DNA of 58,420 nt from IMG/VR virus record IMGVR_UViG_3300026543_000167, positions 1-58,420 of that record. The stretch is one strand, 5' to 3'. The position numbers and the translations under genes were made by a program. How positions within the stretch are numbered: the stretch's first letter is position 1; every line of letters begins with the position of its first letter. Source of the DNA: a virus (taxonomy: Duplodnaviria > Caudoviricetes). Under the pieces are notes generated by a model that was not told the DNA's origin, ran no database searches, and saw only the letters and a list, made by a program, of their open reading frames with translations. Of the stretch, positions 46,702 to 56,979 are shown in pieces.

Positions 46702-48876
46702 TTAAATTGGCAACGCTTCAATTTGTTGTAAAATTTCCTTATCAATATCGGCACGTTCCTTTGCGATTTTCGATTCATTGACGCGGATGTCTGATGCCGT
46801 TTTTGCCTTATCCAATGAAAGCTCTACGATATTCTTGACCGCCTGAGTTTTCTTCAATTCAGCACTTGCGAGATTATCAAATGATTTGGAATCAAGATTT
46901 TTGGCTTCAGAAACAAACTTGATAGCCTCGCCTTCCGCCTGTTTCGCAGAAGCTTTCAAAAATTCTTCCTGCGAATTTGGTTGCTGTTGCTGTTGAGCTT
47001 GCTGGAACATTTGAATTTCTTCATCGGTTTCAGGTTCCATAACACCCATTAAAATTAAGTTTCGTCGACCGATCTTTCTCTTTGCTTCTGACCCTGGACC
47101 CGTGGAGTTTATAAACATATTGGATAGGGTGACCATGGCGAATTGTTCGGACCCTGGGATATTTTGCATGGCAGCCAGCATCGCTTTGTCTTCTTCGACT
47201 TCCTGTTCACGCAAGGTCTCGTATTGAGGTCCAACATCCGAATAAACCCTGAAATCCTGATCTTTAATATTATTGGTTTGTATGACCTCACCGCTCTTAG
47301 GGTCAAATACATTTTTCATCAACTCAACAGAGGTTTCCGTACCATCCTCACCGATAATTCTCATCATTCGATTCGTGGTATATGTTTCTACGGCTTTTGA
47401 AAAATATATAACCCCCATCCATTGAATGGCTGTTGCAAAATTTTCCATAATGGGCTGCGTTGCCAGATCCTGAACTTTCTTAATCGCGGCAATAGCTTTG
47501 CCAGAAGTATTCGCATCAAAAGTTTCTTGAGGAGCACCTCCCATCAATTTATCCAATATCTGTGGAATGAGTTGTAAAAGCATTCCGGAACTTGGGTCTA
47601 TTTGCCTCGCTTTGAGGTATCCAACGGGACCGGTCTGCACAATTTTACCGTCATCGTCGGTAACGTTATCCAAAAGTAAATAAGATTGGGCGCTGGGGTT
47701 TGCCCATTGTGCCGACGCCACTTCATTTTCCATTTGCTCAGGAGTAAAAATGGGAATATCGGAGTTGCTGGAAGACGCCGTCTCCATGAGTTGAGACATT
47801 AATGAGTTGAATACTCGACCAGAATCTTTCAACGGTCGAACCACTCCACGATACCATTCCTCGCCATCGACATATCCCCGGTGAGCATAGACAGGGACTA
47901 TAGGAATTCTCATTCCTGTGATTAATTTGGGCTCCATGAAAATTGCATCGCCACTGAAAATGGATTTCTCAATTCCCTGTTTTTCAATCACTCGTTCCCT
48001 GATAAATTTTAAATGCGGGGCTTTTCTCAATTCTGATTTTATTTCTTCATGTTCCTTTTCTGAATAAAATTCTTTTTCTTCCTTTACGCTATTAAAATAA
48101 ACAAAGACTTTTTCTTTTATTTTTTTTATATTATATCTAGTGGCAATATAAATTCCTGGTTCAGCTTCGTTAAACCGGTTGCTGCCACTATTACCACGGT
48201 GATAATTTTCTGGATCATAGGCAGATGATGGGATTTCATTGGGGAATTTTTCTTTAAAGGAATCCAATGTGTAACGCGTCAAGACATTGACATGTCTGGC
48301 ATCACTTTTATCCATTTCCTGCGAAGCATTGTCCCAGATAACTGTATTGTAAGCGTTGAAAATGGACCTGATCTCTATATCCAATAATTCATTTTCGGGG
48401 TCTGCCTTATCGACAAATGCTTCAGCCAATTTCAATGCGCCAAAACCGCAAGTGATCGCTTCTAAAACAGCATTATCGAGAGCCTTTTTACCTCGTCCGA
48501 AAGAATTGAAATCCCGGCGAAAAATTCCATTCATTAACTTTGCATCTTTATCTGTGGTTTCTGGATTATCACCGGGCTTAAAATCAACTCCCATACGGTT
48601 TTTATTCCATTCCCCCAAAAGACGTGTCACAAAATTTGTGATCAATGGAAATTCAAGCCGAACTCGATCAGACGTTTCATCGTCAAAGAAACCTTCCCAA
48701 GATCCACCGACGATATACACATATCGCATATCTTCACTGGCTTGTTCCCTTTGAATAATAGTTACGTCTGCATCCGTATTGAGATCTTTTTTGAAATCAT
48801 TCAATAATGATTGGAGATCATCATTGTCTCTTTCTGCAAACGGGATATCGTCTAAATCCAATTCTTGTACAGGCAT
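46702..48876 (-). CDS. Portal protein (P22 gp1-like)
   Basis: 724 aa; A...A...GFGA..L, IP.VPVY..R.YVDG.E...G.VR..KD..R..N and DVGP.Y.T.R. Confidence 0.9.
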   Translation of the reverse strand: MPVQELDLDDIPFAERDNDDLQSLLNDFKKDLNTDADVTIIQREQASEDMRYVYIVGGSWEGFFDDETSDRVRLEFPLITNFVTRLLGEWNKNRMGVDFKPGDNPETTDKDAKLMNGIFRRDFNSFGRGKKALDNAVLEAITCGFGALKLAEAFVDKADPENELLDIEIRSIFNAYNTVIWDNASQEMDKSDARHVNVLTRYTLDSFKEKFPNEIPSSAYDPENYHRGNSGSNRFNEAEPGIYIATRYNIKKIKEKVFVYFNSVKEEKEFYSEKEHEEIKSELRKAPHLKFIRERVIEKQGIEKSIFSGDAIFMEPKLITGMRIPIVPVYAHRGYVDGEEWYRGVVRPLKDSGRVFNSLMSQLMETASSSNSDIPIFTPEQMENEVASAQWANPSAQSYLLLDNVTDDDGKIVQTGPVGYLKARQIDPSSGMLLQLIPQILDKLMGGAPQETFDANTSGKAIAAIKKVQDLATQPIMENFATAIQWMGVIYFSKAVETYTTNRMMRIIGEDGTETSVELMKNVFDPKSGEVIQTNNIKDQDFRVYSDVGPQYETLREQEVEEDKAMLAAMQNIPGSEQFAMVTLSNMFINSTGPGSEAKRKIGRRNLILMGVMEPETDEEIQMFQQAQQQQQPNSQEEFLKASAKQAEGEAIKFVSEAKNLDSKSFDNLASAELKKTQAVKNIVELSLDKAKTASDIRVNESKIAKERADIDKEILQQIEALPI

Positions 48877-48896
48877 ATCAATTCCTTTAATAAAAA

Positions 48897-49163
48897 CTAA
48901 TTAAGAATGGCCTTTCGGTCACTTAACGGATTGCATGGACATGGTGCTCCTGCTCCACCGCAACATTCACACTCCCCCCAATCCCATGGTGTTGTTTCGT
49001 GGTTTTCACAAACCCAACCCTGTCCTTCGCAATTCTGACATCCAACGTCCGCGTGGTCTAAATCATGGATATCTTTATGATCTTTGCTCATATCGATTCC
49101 TTTAATTTCTTCCGGTATGGCCAAAACGTTTGACCTTTGGAATATTTCGATAAATTTCATCAT
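48897..49163 (-). CDS. Small Cys-rich hypothetical protein
   Basis: C..C.G.GWVCENH...PW....C.C.GAG.PC.CN. Confidence 0.55.
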   Translation of the reverse strand: MMKFIEIFQRSNVLAIPEEIKGIDMSKDHKDIHDLDHADVGCQNCEGQGWVCENHETTPWDWGECECCGGAGAPCPCNPLSDRKAILN

Positions 49164-50502
49164 GGTTTTTCTTTTTTGGTTTAGTCAACCCAGGGAATAA
49201 TTCATAAATCCCCCATACAAACCAATCCGCTCTATTGGGAGATTTGCTTCCGGTGTATCCGGTTGTGGTGAAGGATGTCAATTCATCCTCCATTTCATCG
49301 AACCGTCCAACAAATTTTATTTTTCCGGTCTCATGCAATGCACTGACTGGTTCCGCTCTGATGGCCTTCCCTTTGGAAGCCCTTACAGATTTGTAAGAAA
49401 TAAGGGGTTTTGCCGTTCTAACAACGTACTGGACCATGGCACCACCAAAATTTTCCTCTCCAACAACCCGATCGGCCTCATGCCGGTCATAAGCGGATGC
49501 GACCACTTTCCCCCATTCTGCAGGCCCAACATGCAAGGTCAGATCTTCTAAAACATAGGCTATTCCATCTGATCCTAATGAAATCACTCCGATACCGATA
49601 TCATCATTGTGCTCTTCGGGATTGTCGCTTGCACCGGATGGGTCCACGGCAACCACGGTGCGCACGATATGTACATTTTCTGGAATAGAGTCGACACGAT
49701 TGTCATTGAGAATTTTATCGGTCCAAAGCGCGTTTTCATTGTCATCCCCGAAAATTCCGAGGTAATAACGATCGCGCCGCCGCTTGGGCAGGTTGTCAAG
49801 CGACTTTAAATACATTTCAGAAAGATTATCCCGGTTATCCACTGGGTTCATCTTGAAACTTGTATAATTTTCCGGATCTTTTAATGCCAGTTTTTCTTCG
49901 GGCTCAATTTTATCTATGAAAAGTTTATGGCTCCAATGGCTTTTGAAAGGTGGGTTCTCATCGCAAAACATTTTTAGGCGCAATTCTTTGATTTCGTCAT
50001 CAACGTCATAAAAACATTGTTGCGCCAAACGAGTGACCAGGGTCAGATAACTTCCGTAAGATATCTGAGAAACTTCATTTAGAAAAATGGTGGCGTATTC
50101 ATTGCCAAGGATTTTTTCAGTCCTTTCTTTATCATCCAGACCTCCAAACCAAATACGTGAGCCATTCCTAAATTCAACGAACCAATCAACGTTATTTGAT
50201 TTGCACCGGACAGTTGGGAAACACAATTCCATGACTTTGGGAAAAGTATCGTAAACGATGGAAGCCTTAACATGGTTGAACCGGAAACGTGCTATCAAAT
50301 GGCGGGATTTTGGAACGGCTAAGGCACGAATCAAGATCGACCGAACGAAAGTGAAAGTTTTTGTCGACCGTGCACCTCCATAAAACAATATATTGGTCGC
50401 CGGTGAACTGATAATATCGACGGCATCACTTTGTTTTGAGGTTAATACAAAATCTTTTTTTTGAATTAATCCATCAGAGGTTGCCAGCATCTTTATCTCC
50501 AA
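49102..50502 (-). CDS. terL: Terminase large subunit
   Basis: Walker A GGARSTKT, Walker B IFLNE and nuclease motifs VAVDP...E.NFGG...SPNRAD. Confidence 0.93.
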   Translation of the reverse strand: MEIKMLATSDGLIQKKDFVLTSKQSDAVDIISSPATNILFYGGARSTKTFTFVRSILIRALAVPKSRHLIARFRFNHVKASIVYDTFPKVMELCFPTVRCKSNNVDWFVEFRNGSRIWFGGLDDKERTEKILGNEYATIFLNEVSQISYGSYLTLVTRLAQQCFYDVDDEIKELRLKMFCDENPPFKSHWSHKLFIDKIEPEEKLALKDPENYTSFKMNPVDNRDNLSEMYLKSLDNLPKRRRDRYYLGIFGDDNENALWTDKILNDNRVDSIPENVHIVRTVVAVDPSGASDNPEEHNDDIGIGVISLGSDGIAYVLEDLTLHVGPAEWGKVVASAYDRHEADRVVGEENFGGAMVQYVVRTAKPLISYKSVRASKGKAIRAEPVSALHETGKIKFVGRFDEMEDELTSFTTTGYTGSKSPNRADWFVWGIYELFPGLTKPKKKNHDEIYRNIPKVKRFGHTGRN

Positions 50503-50904
50503 TATTGACTATCATATCGCCGGTTAAATTTATTTCTTTTGGCATCGGTGACTCGGTTTGTTCGAAAATCAACTTAATGGCCTGAATATCTCCTTTTACC
50601 GCTGCTCTAGTCAGAGCGTAGGTAATAATTTCGGCATAATCTTTATCTTTTAGTTTGATGCCCTTTTCTTTGAATTTATCAAGAATATCCTTAGCGCCCT
50701 TGGTCTCCACCCACCGATTCAGGCGTGCTCTCAGCCCTGTCTTTGCACCCATGGGCCGACCGTTGGGGTTTCCGGATTCACCAGGTTTAAAGGGTTTTAA
50801 ATTCGGATATTTTTCCTCTTCTTCTTTGGTATTGATAAAACCTCCAATTCATAGGCCCCGCATTTCTTGCAGATCCTCTCCCTTTGATTTTTATTTCGTG
50901 TCAT
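50474..50904 (-). CDS. terS: Terminase small subunit, split by an apparent frameshift near 50812
   Basis: NLKPFKPGESGNPNGRP lies upstream of the listed ATG in the same frame. A 35-aa ORF (50797-50904) coupled to the MTase stop supplies the likely N-terminus. Confidence 0.65.
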
Positions 50905-52082
50905 CCAATCTGTCCAATGGTGGAACCATCCCCAATGGCATCTTTCTTCTCCCCAGATAATTGGCATATTTCTTTTTCGGGAAACAAATTCCCGTATCGT
51001 TCGACAATCACATCGCAGTAAGCAGGGTCAATCTCCATCATGTAGCACCGGCGCTTCATTTTTTCGCAGGCGATCATGGTCGATCCTGAACCGCCGAATG
51101 GATCGTAAATTATTGGTCCTTCAATCCTATATGCAGCCCTTTCCATGCACCATTCAACCAAAGAAACTGGTTTCTGCGTGGGATGAACGCGATTCGTTTT
51201 TTCTGAAGCCTGGGTAAATTGTCTTGTAACTCCATTTAAATTTGTCCAGGCCAACTCGCAATCCATCTGATCACTTCCGCCGTTGTTTTTATCCCAAACA
51301 AACCAACAAGATCTATTCGGAAGGGCATTTGCATAATAATTTGCACCCCACCAAACCATCGGAATATCGACATCCATGCTCCTGAAAACTTTTATAGCAA
51401 CGTCCACCGAGTCATCATTTTGAATGGGGCGATATTTATTTTTTAATACCCCTGAATGTTCGACCGCCCTGATTCCATAAGGAGGGTCAGTGAAGACTAA
51501 ATCAGCCTTTTGGCCGTTCATTAGGCGATCGACCGAAATTCGAACCGTTGAATCGCCGCACAAAAGGAAATGATCACCCAGTTGATACATATCTCCCAGT
51601 TTGGTTTTTGGTTCCTCCGGAGGCTCAGGGGTCTCGTCTTCGCCTTCCAACTCTCCAGCACCAGATTTATCACCAAACATTTCGGCCAATTCATCTTCGC
51701 CAAAGATATTTTCAAATATATCCTCGTGTTCGTCATCCAATAGGCCAAGATTCTCTATGTCCCATTCGGCAAGTTCGGCTGTCCGGTTGTCATAGAGAGC
51801 CAGTTTCGCTTTCTCTTTTTTAGTCAATCCTTTCCGCCTCACAACGACCCACTCATTGCCATCGGCTTCGACAACTTTAACCTTTTCAATTCCTGCTTCC
51901 GACAGTGCTTCGAAAGTTCCATTTCCGGCTAAAATATTTCCATCTTCGTCGATGACACCTGACCTGGCAGCGCCAATTTCACGTAAGGCATCGGCTATCA
52001 TGCCAATATTCCTGGGGTTATGCTTCCGAGCGTTTTTTATGTCCGGTTTCAAATCTTTGAGTGTCTTTATCATTTTATCCAC
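50901..52082 (-). CDS. ParB-like N-terminus fused to N6/N4 DNA methyltransferase
   Basis: NARKH...ILAGNG...DNRTAELAEW; DPPY; HPTQKP; DPFGGSGST. Confidence 0.92.
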   Translation of the reverse strand: MDKMIKTLKDLKPDIKNARKHNPRNIGMIADALREIGAARSGVIDEDGNILAGNGTFEALSEAGIEKVKVVEADGNEWVVVRRKGLTKKEKAKLALYDNRTAELAEWDIENLGLLDDEHEDIFENIFGEDELAEMFGDKSGAGELEGEDETPEPPEEPKTKLGDMYQLGDHFLLCGDSTVRISVDRLMNGQKADLVFTDPPYGIRAVEHSGVLKNKYRPIQNDDSVDVAIKVFRSMDVDIPMVWWGANYYANALPNRSCWFVWDKNNGGSDQMDCELAWTNLNGVTRQFTQASEKTNRVHPTQKPVSLVEWCMERAAYRIEGPIIYDPFGGSGSTMIACEKMKRRCYMMEIDPAYCDVIVERYGNLFPEKEICQLSGEKKDAIGDGSTIGQIG

Positions 52083-52089
52083 TGATAAT

Positions 52090-52395
52090 TTAAGTCGACC
52101 ATTGAGCTTCCACTTGAAAACGTTTTATTTTCTCCTGACCTTCCAATGTCGAGGAATTTTGTATATTTGCTATGAGTTCATACCTCCCAACAGCAAGAGC
52201 TCCTATTTCGGAAGTGGTCAGAAAACCAGACCACAGTTCATCAGTTGGTTCGATCTCTCTGGGCGTGATTTGATCAGTGCCTGTTGGTCGTGGCTTCACG
52301 CTAATAGTGCAGATGAAACCACCGAGAGGCAATCCGTCCAAATCAAATTGAAAAGGAAGATTTCCGGCTTTTGTGGTGTAAGGAATTTGGCTCAT
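52090..52395 (-). CDS. Hypothetical virion-associated protein
   Basis: In the contiguous late operon. Confidence 0.55.
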   Translation of the reverse strand: MSQIPYTTKAGNLPFQFDLDGLPLGGFICTISVKPRPTGTDQITPREIEPTDELWSGFLTTSEIGALAVGRYELIANIQNSSTLEGQEKIKRFQVEAQWST

Positions 52396-52845
52396 TTAAA
52401 ATATACCTCCGCGTGGCCTTTTTGGTGCTGTTAATGATGCTTTACCGCCTCTTACAGTAATGACGCCTCTGGCCGTCTTCCTCGGAATATTTCCTCTTGC
52501 ATTTTTACCTCCTCCACCGAATGGTTGTAATACAGGAACAAGTTCAATCTCAATTTCATCGGCAATATTAATTTGCTCCTGAATGTCTTTATTTATATTT
52601 TTACCAAGGGCATCCGTTAAAGTGATAGTCTCCGATAATTCCTTACTTACATCCTTAGCAAAAGAATCAGTTGTAGTAATTGTTTCCGAAAATTCTTTAC
52701 TGGTGATAAATGATATAGAATCAGTTATAGTTATGCTTTCAACAAACTGTACAGACTTTGGGATTACTGTAGGTTTCTTAAAAGCATGAACTGCATAATT
52801 GAACGGCCTACGATAGACAGTCGTTACAAAACTGTAGGGAATCAT
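52396..52845 (-). CDS. Hypothetical protein with (S)E(S/T)IT.TD repeats
   Basis: About 17-aa repeats: ESITITDS / ETITTTDS / ETITLTDA. Confidence 0.55.
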   Translation of the reverse strand: MIPYSFVTTVYRRPFNYAVHAFKKPTVIPKSVQFVESITITDSISFITSKEFSETITTTDSFAKDVSKELSETITLTDALGKNINKDIQEQINIADEIEIELVPVLQPFGGGGKNARGNIPRKTARGVITVRGGKASLTAPKRPRGGIF

Positions 52846-53304
52846 TTAAAATTCCTGAAAATACATAGCCGCCCTGAAAGTTGCAGAGGCAGGAGCAATA
52901 GGAAATTTAAAAGCTATAATCCCGCCAGCATCGACCTTGATTCTTTCTTCAGGAGTTGGAAGCCATACCCAACCATTGAGAATATTGAATCCATCATCGA
53001 CAAGAATATCGCCATCTGTTCCTTCTGCTGTCCCTGTAATCCCTGTTGCTGCTGTACCTCCCACTGCTCCTGCTGCTTGTGATTCTGGATCTAATAATAA
53101 AGGCGTAGCAGAAGTAACAGTTGCCGCAACTGATTTTCTTAAAATCTGCACTTGTTCTTGAGTAGAAGATTCACTCAAACCCTGAGAAATAACAACTCGC
53201 AACAATTCTAATGGATTACTTGCTCCTGCCTTGATTTGAACAATTGTTATGGCAGTTGCTATGATCACACCGCCATTTTTAACCACATAAACTTGCCCAC
53301 TCAT
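52846..53304 (-). CDS. Putative virion structural protein
   Basis: FN.LNG..W.PTPEER motif. Confidence 0.6.
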   Translation of the reverse strand: MSGQVYVVKNGGVIIATAITIVQIKAGASNPLELLRVVISQGLSESSTQEQVQILRKSVAATVTSATPLLLDPESQAAGAVGGTAATGITGTAEGTDGDILVDDGFNILNGWVWLPTPEERIKVDAGGIIAFKFPIAPASATFRAAMYFQEF

Positions 53305-53307
53305 TTT

Positions 53308-54426
53308 TTACATCCTCAATAAAGTATTTTGAAAACTTCCTTCTAATGGGACCGGGATAACTGGCAATGCTTTAAATTGAACAACTTCAAAGCTAACAAT
53401 GTCATCTGTTCTAGTTGTTGTTCTTTTTCGATAACGTACTAATGCATCGGTTGAGAAATCAGCCGCCGATTGAATATCATCAATCTCTGCATCCGAAGTA
53501 GAAGGATTCCTTCCAACTGAAACAGGATGGCCTGTATGATCTAAACAATTTATAAATGATCTACTTTGGTCAATTGCTGTTATGGAAGACGTGACAGAGG
53601 TTGATGATAGGGTTAAGGTTGCATTTCTTTGAACATCCCATTCATTGTTTTGACACTCAACCACTGCAATTTTCACAACAATATTTGCAAAAGGAGCTGC
53701 TGATCTCTGCGATCTAACAGTTGTGGTATTTTGCAAATCCGTTTGAGGGCAACCAGCAGCCATAGTACTTCCTGGACTCATTACATAAGACTGAATGAGA
53801 AATGTATCAGCCAAAACAGTTGATGATATTCCTACCGTTATCGATGACTGAAAAACACCTATGGGAATCGACACATGTTGCACGGTAAATTCGCCTGCTC
53901 CAGCCTCTACAACGTACAAAGTCCCGTTGACCGTCCCAACTGTCGTGCCTCTTGAGAAACTTACCGAAGTTGTAGAGGCTCCATTATAAGTTGCATGAAC
54001 AGTACAATCAGTGAGAGCCGACGAAGACGATGCCGTAAATTGGTATGAATAAATTAAAAATGCATTTGCTTGTGAGGTAACGTCTGTGATTGTCTGATTT
54101 AAACTTGATCCTGTGAATCCTGTCACCGATATTTGCTGGACGGTTATTGACGAATCCCACTCAACTACAAATACCTGGAATACAGATGCATCATTATCTG
54201 TTCTTGCGCTTGCGCTGACCCTTACAGCAGGAGTCCCGGAATTATCAAGAAATGTCACCTCCGCCATTCTGTCTTGATTTGCATTCGTTAAAGCACCTGT
54301 GTTCCTGTCAGTGAAAAAAGGCGTACATTGGGTTGGATCTTGCCCTTTAGTTAAATTCACCGTCACAGGGTCAGTATCAGCTGTGAGTGTAACTTCAACA
54401 TATTCAACTGTTTTAAAAACTGCCAT
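53308..54426 (-). CDS. Putative virion structural protein with three internal repeats
   Basis: Repeated VVEW/VVEA/VVEC...VQ units; T/S-rich. Confidence 0.6.
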   Translation of the reverse strand: MAVFKTVEYVEVTLTADTDPVTVNLTKGQDPTQCTPFFTDRNTGALTNANQDRMAEVTFLDNSGTPAVRVSASARTDNDASVFQVFVVEWDSSITVQQISVTGFTGSSLNQTITDVTSQANAFLIYSYQFTASSSSALTDCTVHATYNGASTTSVSFSRGTTVGTVNGTLYVVEAGAGEFTVQHVSIPIGVFQSSITVGISSTVLADTFLIQSYVMSPGSTMAAGCPQTDLQNTTTVRSQRSAAPFANIVVKIAVVECQNNEWDVQRNATLTLSSTSVTSSITAIDQSRSFINCLDHTGHPVSVGRNPSTSDAEIDDIQSAADFSTDALVRYRKRTTTRTDDIVSFEVVQFKALPVIPVPLEGSFQNTLLRM

Positions 54427-54450
54427 TATAAAACGCCGGTGAAATAATAT

Positions 54451-54948
54451 TTACGCTAAAGTAAAAGTGAAAGTAGCAGTGATAGTGTCTCCACCTAATT
54501 TATTGACAACTGGGAATATCAAGCGGTTCAGCATAATGCCCAAGGTCAAGGCATTAAAAACTCCAGCTTCAGTCCATGCCCCCGTTGATTCTCCGCCAGC
54601 AAATGTAGAAGCCAAAGTGAACACTGTGTCACTTACACCAATAAAGGTCGCCGGGTTCCTAACATCCAATATTGTTTCAAGATCAGTATCACCAACTGCC
54701 GCCGCCGTAGTCCCAGAGCCAACAGCGATATGATTCATTATCGAAGGTTGAGTTGGGTTGGCTATGACATCACCAATAAAGTTAAACCCAGTATCAACAA
54801 TCAAATTTTTATATTCATGAATTTCAGTTGTGCCATCTTCCTTCTTATGCTCCAGCGTCAATTGCCCAGTGATCTTTAAAGATTCTTTTAAATTACCTTC
54901 AAGAACATTTTTATCTTTTCCATCTTTCCTAATATTTTTCTCTTCCAT
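54451..54948 (-). CDS. Tail-associated structural protein
   Basis: NLIVD.G...IAVG.GTTAA..GDT.L..E...TEAG.FNA...G.ML.R..F..VNK...DT. Confidence 0.7.
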   Translation of the reverse strand: MEEKNIRKDGKDKNVLEGNLKESLKITGQLTLEHKKEDGTTEIHEYKNLIVDTGFNFIGDVIANPTQPSIMNHIAVGSGTTAAAVGDTDLETILDVRNPATFIGVSDTVFTLASTFAGGESTGAWTEAGVFNALTLGIMLNRLIFPVVNKLGGDTITATFTFTLA

Positions 54949-55137
54949 CCTTTGAGTCCTCTTTGGCTACTTCTGGCATTTTTATAACAAAATACTGTTC
55001 TTCCATTGCCGCGACACAATTTCTACTCCGCGTGATTTTTCCACGATAGGTTCCAAGTCCTACCACAAAAACATTGGCGCCTTTGACCACTCCCCAGTGA
55101 AGCGGCATTAATTGAAACATTTCGATCCCTTAATAAT

Positions 55138-55201
55138 AAAAAAAGGCCAACCGTACGGGGAAATCCCGTTCGATCAGCCTTGAGTGTTTGCTCGGTAGAC
55201 T
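55138..55201 (-). terminator. Conserved late-operon leader/terminator element, copy 4
   Basis: AGTCTACCGAGCAAACACTCAAGGCTGATCG...CGGTTGGCC followed by U7. Confidence 0.7.
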
Positions 55202-55372
55202 AAAATTATTCGTGAATCATTTTTTCGACAATAATTTCTGCGGCTTCCTCATGTTTGAGAGTTAAATGTTTTTCAATTTTTACTTCGCGCTCTGGCGATA
55301 TATGTAAAGTAACACAAAAACCTTTGCCTTTGTCCGCCATTAAACGTATTGCTTTTAGTGCAGTTTCGAGTT

Positions 55373-55585
55373 TCATCGCTTTTTCACTGTCCGGGTACGA
55401 CGTTTTCTGGATTCGGATATTGCTTCCTTGTTTTTAAATTTTGGGATGGACCCTTTCCCTGGGACATTTAGAACTTTTCTCAAAGGTTCCCCTTTTGATT
55501 TTGACAATTCCCGATCTTTTCGCTCAATACGGAGCAAACTACGTTTTTTGGGGAGTTTTTTTAAAACATCTTTTAGTCTGGCCAT
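55373..55585 (-). CDS. Small highly basic protein
   Basis: K/R-rich. Confidence 0.45.
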   Translation of the reverse strand: MARLKDVLKKLPKKRSLLRIERKDRELSKSKGEPLRKVLNVPGKGSIPKFKNKEAISESRKRRTRTVKKR

Positions 55586-55747
55586 AGTCGTTTTTGTATC
55601 CGATTAAATTATTTTCCCTTTGGTTTTCTGGGTTTTCTTGTTCCTGGTTTATGAACCACTTGTTGCACACGATTAAATGACATGATTATTCTCCAATTAC
55701 GAAATTTATAATATTCAATTTAATTCCTAACTTTTTTATATCAATAA

Positions 55748-56206
55748 TTAATTTTCAATTGTTCGAATCGTCACATTTTCAGTGAGTAAACTTCCAGAAA
55801 TGGTTTTTGATAAAACAGGAATCGTTGTATCCTTTTTGTTAATTACAAGAGTCTGGCTGGTTTCAATATGATCACCTTCCAGGATATCCAATACCGTTTC
55901 CGAACTACCAAGCGGAGCGTCAATAAAAACCTGCATATCCTGCCATTCACTCCCAGCCGCATCCTTCCCAAAGATCAGAATTTTGTCTGCCGTCATCTCT
56001 GTGGAGGAAAGAACAATTTTAACGCTGGTTGATCCTGCCGGAGTGACAACGGGTAATGTGGCAAGATTTGCAAAAGCTCCGAAGTCTTTTGATATTGTGA
56101 AATCTCCCGCTGCTATGGTAGGATTCTCCTGGAATCCCGACCCAAAAACTGAATCCAGGCCGACGGGAAACTCGTATTCCACTCCCCTTACTGGCTCTGC
56201 CATCAC
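55748..56206 (-). CDS. Putative virion structural protein
   Basis: NPTIAAGDF.ISKD.GAFANL.TLP.V.PAG...V...LS..EM.AD. Confidence 0.65.
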   Translation of the reverse strand: MMAEPVRGVEYEFPVGLDSVFGSGFQENPTIAAGDFTISKDFGAFANLATLPVVTPAGSTSVKIVLSSTEMTADKILIFGKDAAGSEWQDMQVFIDAPLGSSETVLDILEGDHIETSQTLVINKKDTTIPVLSKTISGSLLTENVTIRTIEN

Positions 56207-56413
56207 TCAACATCCTAGTTAGAATTTTTTTCGCTACCTTCGCGAGGTTTATTTTTGTCCACCAATTCCCTTAGAACGTCCGCCGCTTCTAAAATTTCTT
56301 TTCTCTTTGATCTCTGAATATTGATCATGAATACAACACATGTATTTTCAAGTAGGTCCAGCGCTTCTTTTGGGCTCATAATTGTCCTTTTTTTATGGTC
56401 ATAATGTATACAT

Positions 56414-56977
56414 CTATTCCAGTTCCAAAGCTGTCACGACGCTTTGCCAGTTAATAGTGGTTGATGCTGCGCCCTGAACCCGCACCAGGACATTACTGCC
56501 TGATACGCTGAGTGTTGCGCCTGTCCATGAGGCTGCGGTTTCTTTCACGAAAACATTATCGGTCGAGCCTATCTGTGTTGCACTCCCTGCGCCGGTTCGG
56601 TAAAACACGCCGAGTACGCGATACGCTGCACGGTTACTATCATCGGACTCGATACCCAATACGGTCGCTTCGACTACATATACAGCCTCATCATCAAGCA
56701 GGATAGTATCTATAGTCGTGACGGTGTTGTCGGTTGTCTGAACCGTACCGAAGTTATTCCGCAACGGAAATTCACTAACAAAACCGACCACGTCTTCTCG
56801 AATATTTTTATACGCATCGCCCACGTCCAGTTTGGTCGCTGTCGCCACCAGGGCGCTACCACCATCCTCAAAGTCTACTTGCGTCAGCGATCCTACGGTG
56901 GTTTCATTAAACGTATGATCGGGGAACCTGATTAATAAATCCGCTTCATAAATCTCCTTGAGTGTGAGTGTTGTCAT
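56414..56977 (-). CDS. Putative virion structural protein
   Basis: T-rich; V.V.GAA.TTINW C-terminus. Confidence 0.6.
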   Translation of the reverse strand: MTTLTLKEIYEADLLIRFPDHTFNETTVGSLTQVDFEDGGSALVATATKLDVGDAYKNIREDVVGFVSEFPLRNNFGTVQTTDNTVTTIDTILLDDEAVYVVEATVLGIESDDSNRAAYRVLGVFYRTGAGSATQIGSTDNVFVKETAASWTGATLSVSGSNVLVRVQGAASTTINWQSVVTALELE

Positions 56978-56979
56978 GG

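Noticed and set aside
32279-52082. Genome-wide TAG recoding suggested by the suppressor tRNA
   Set aside because: Large structural genes are uninterrupted under the standard code.
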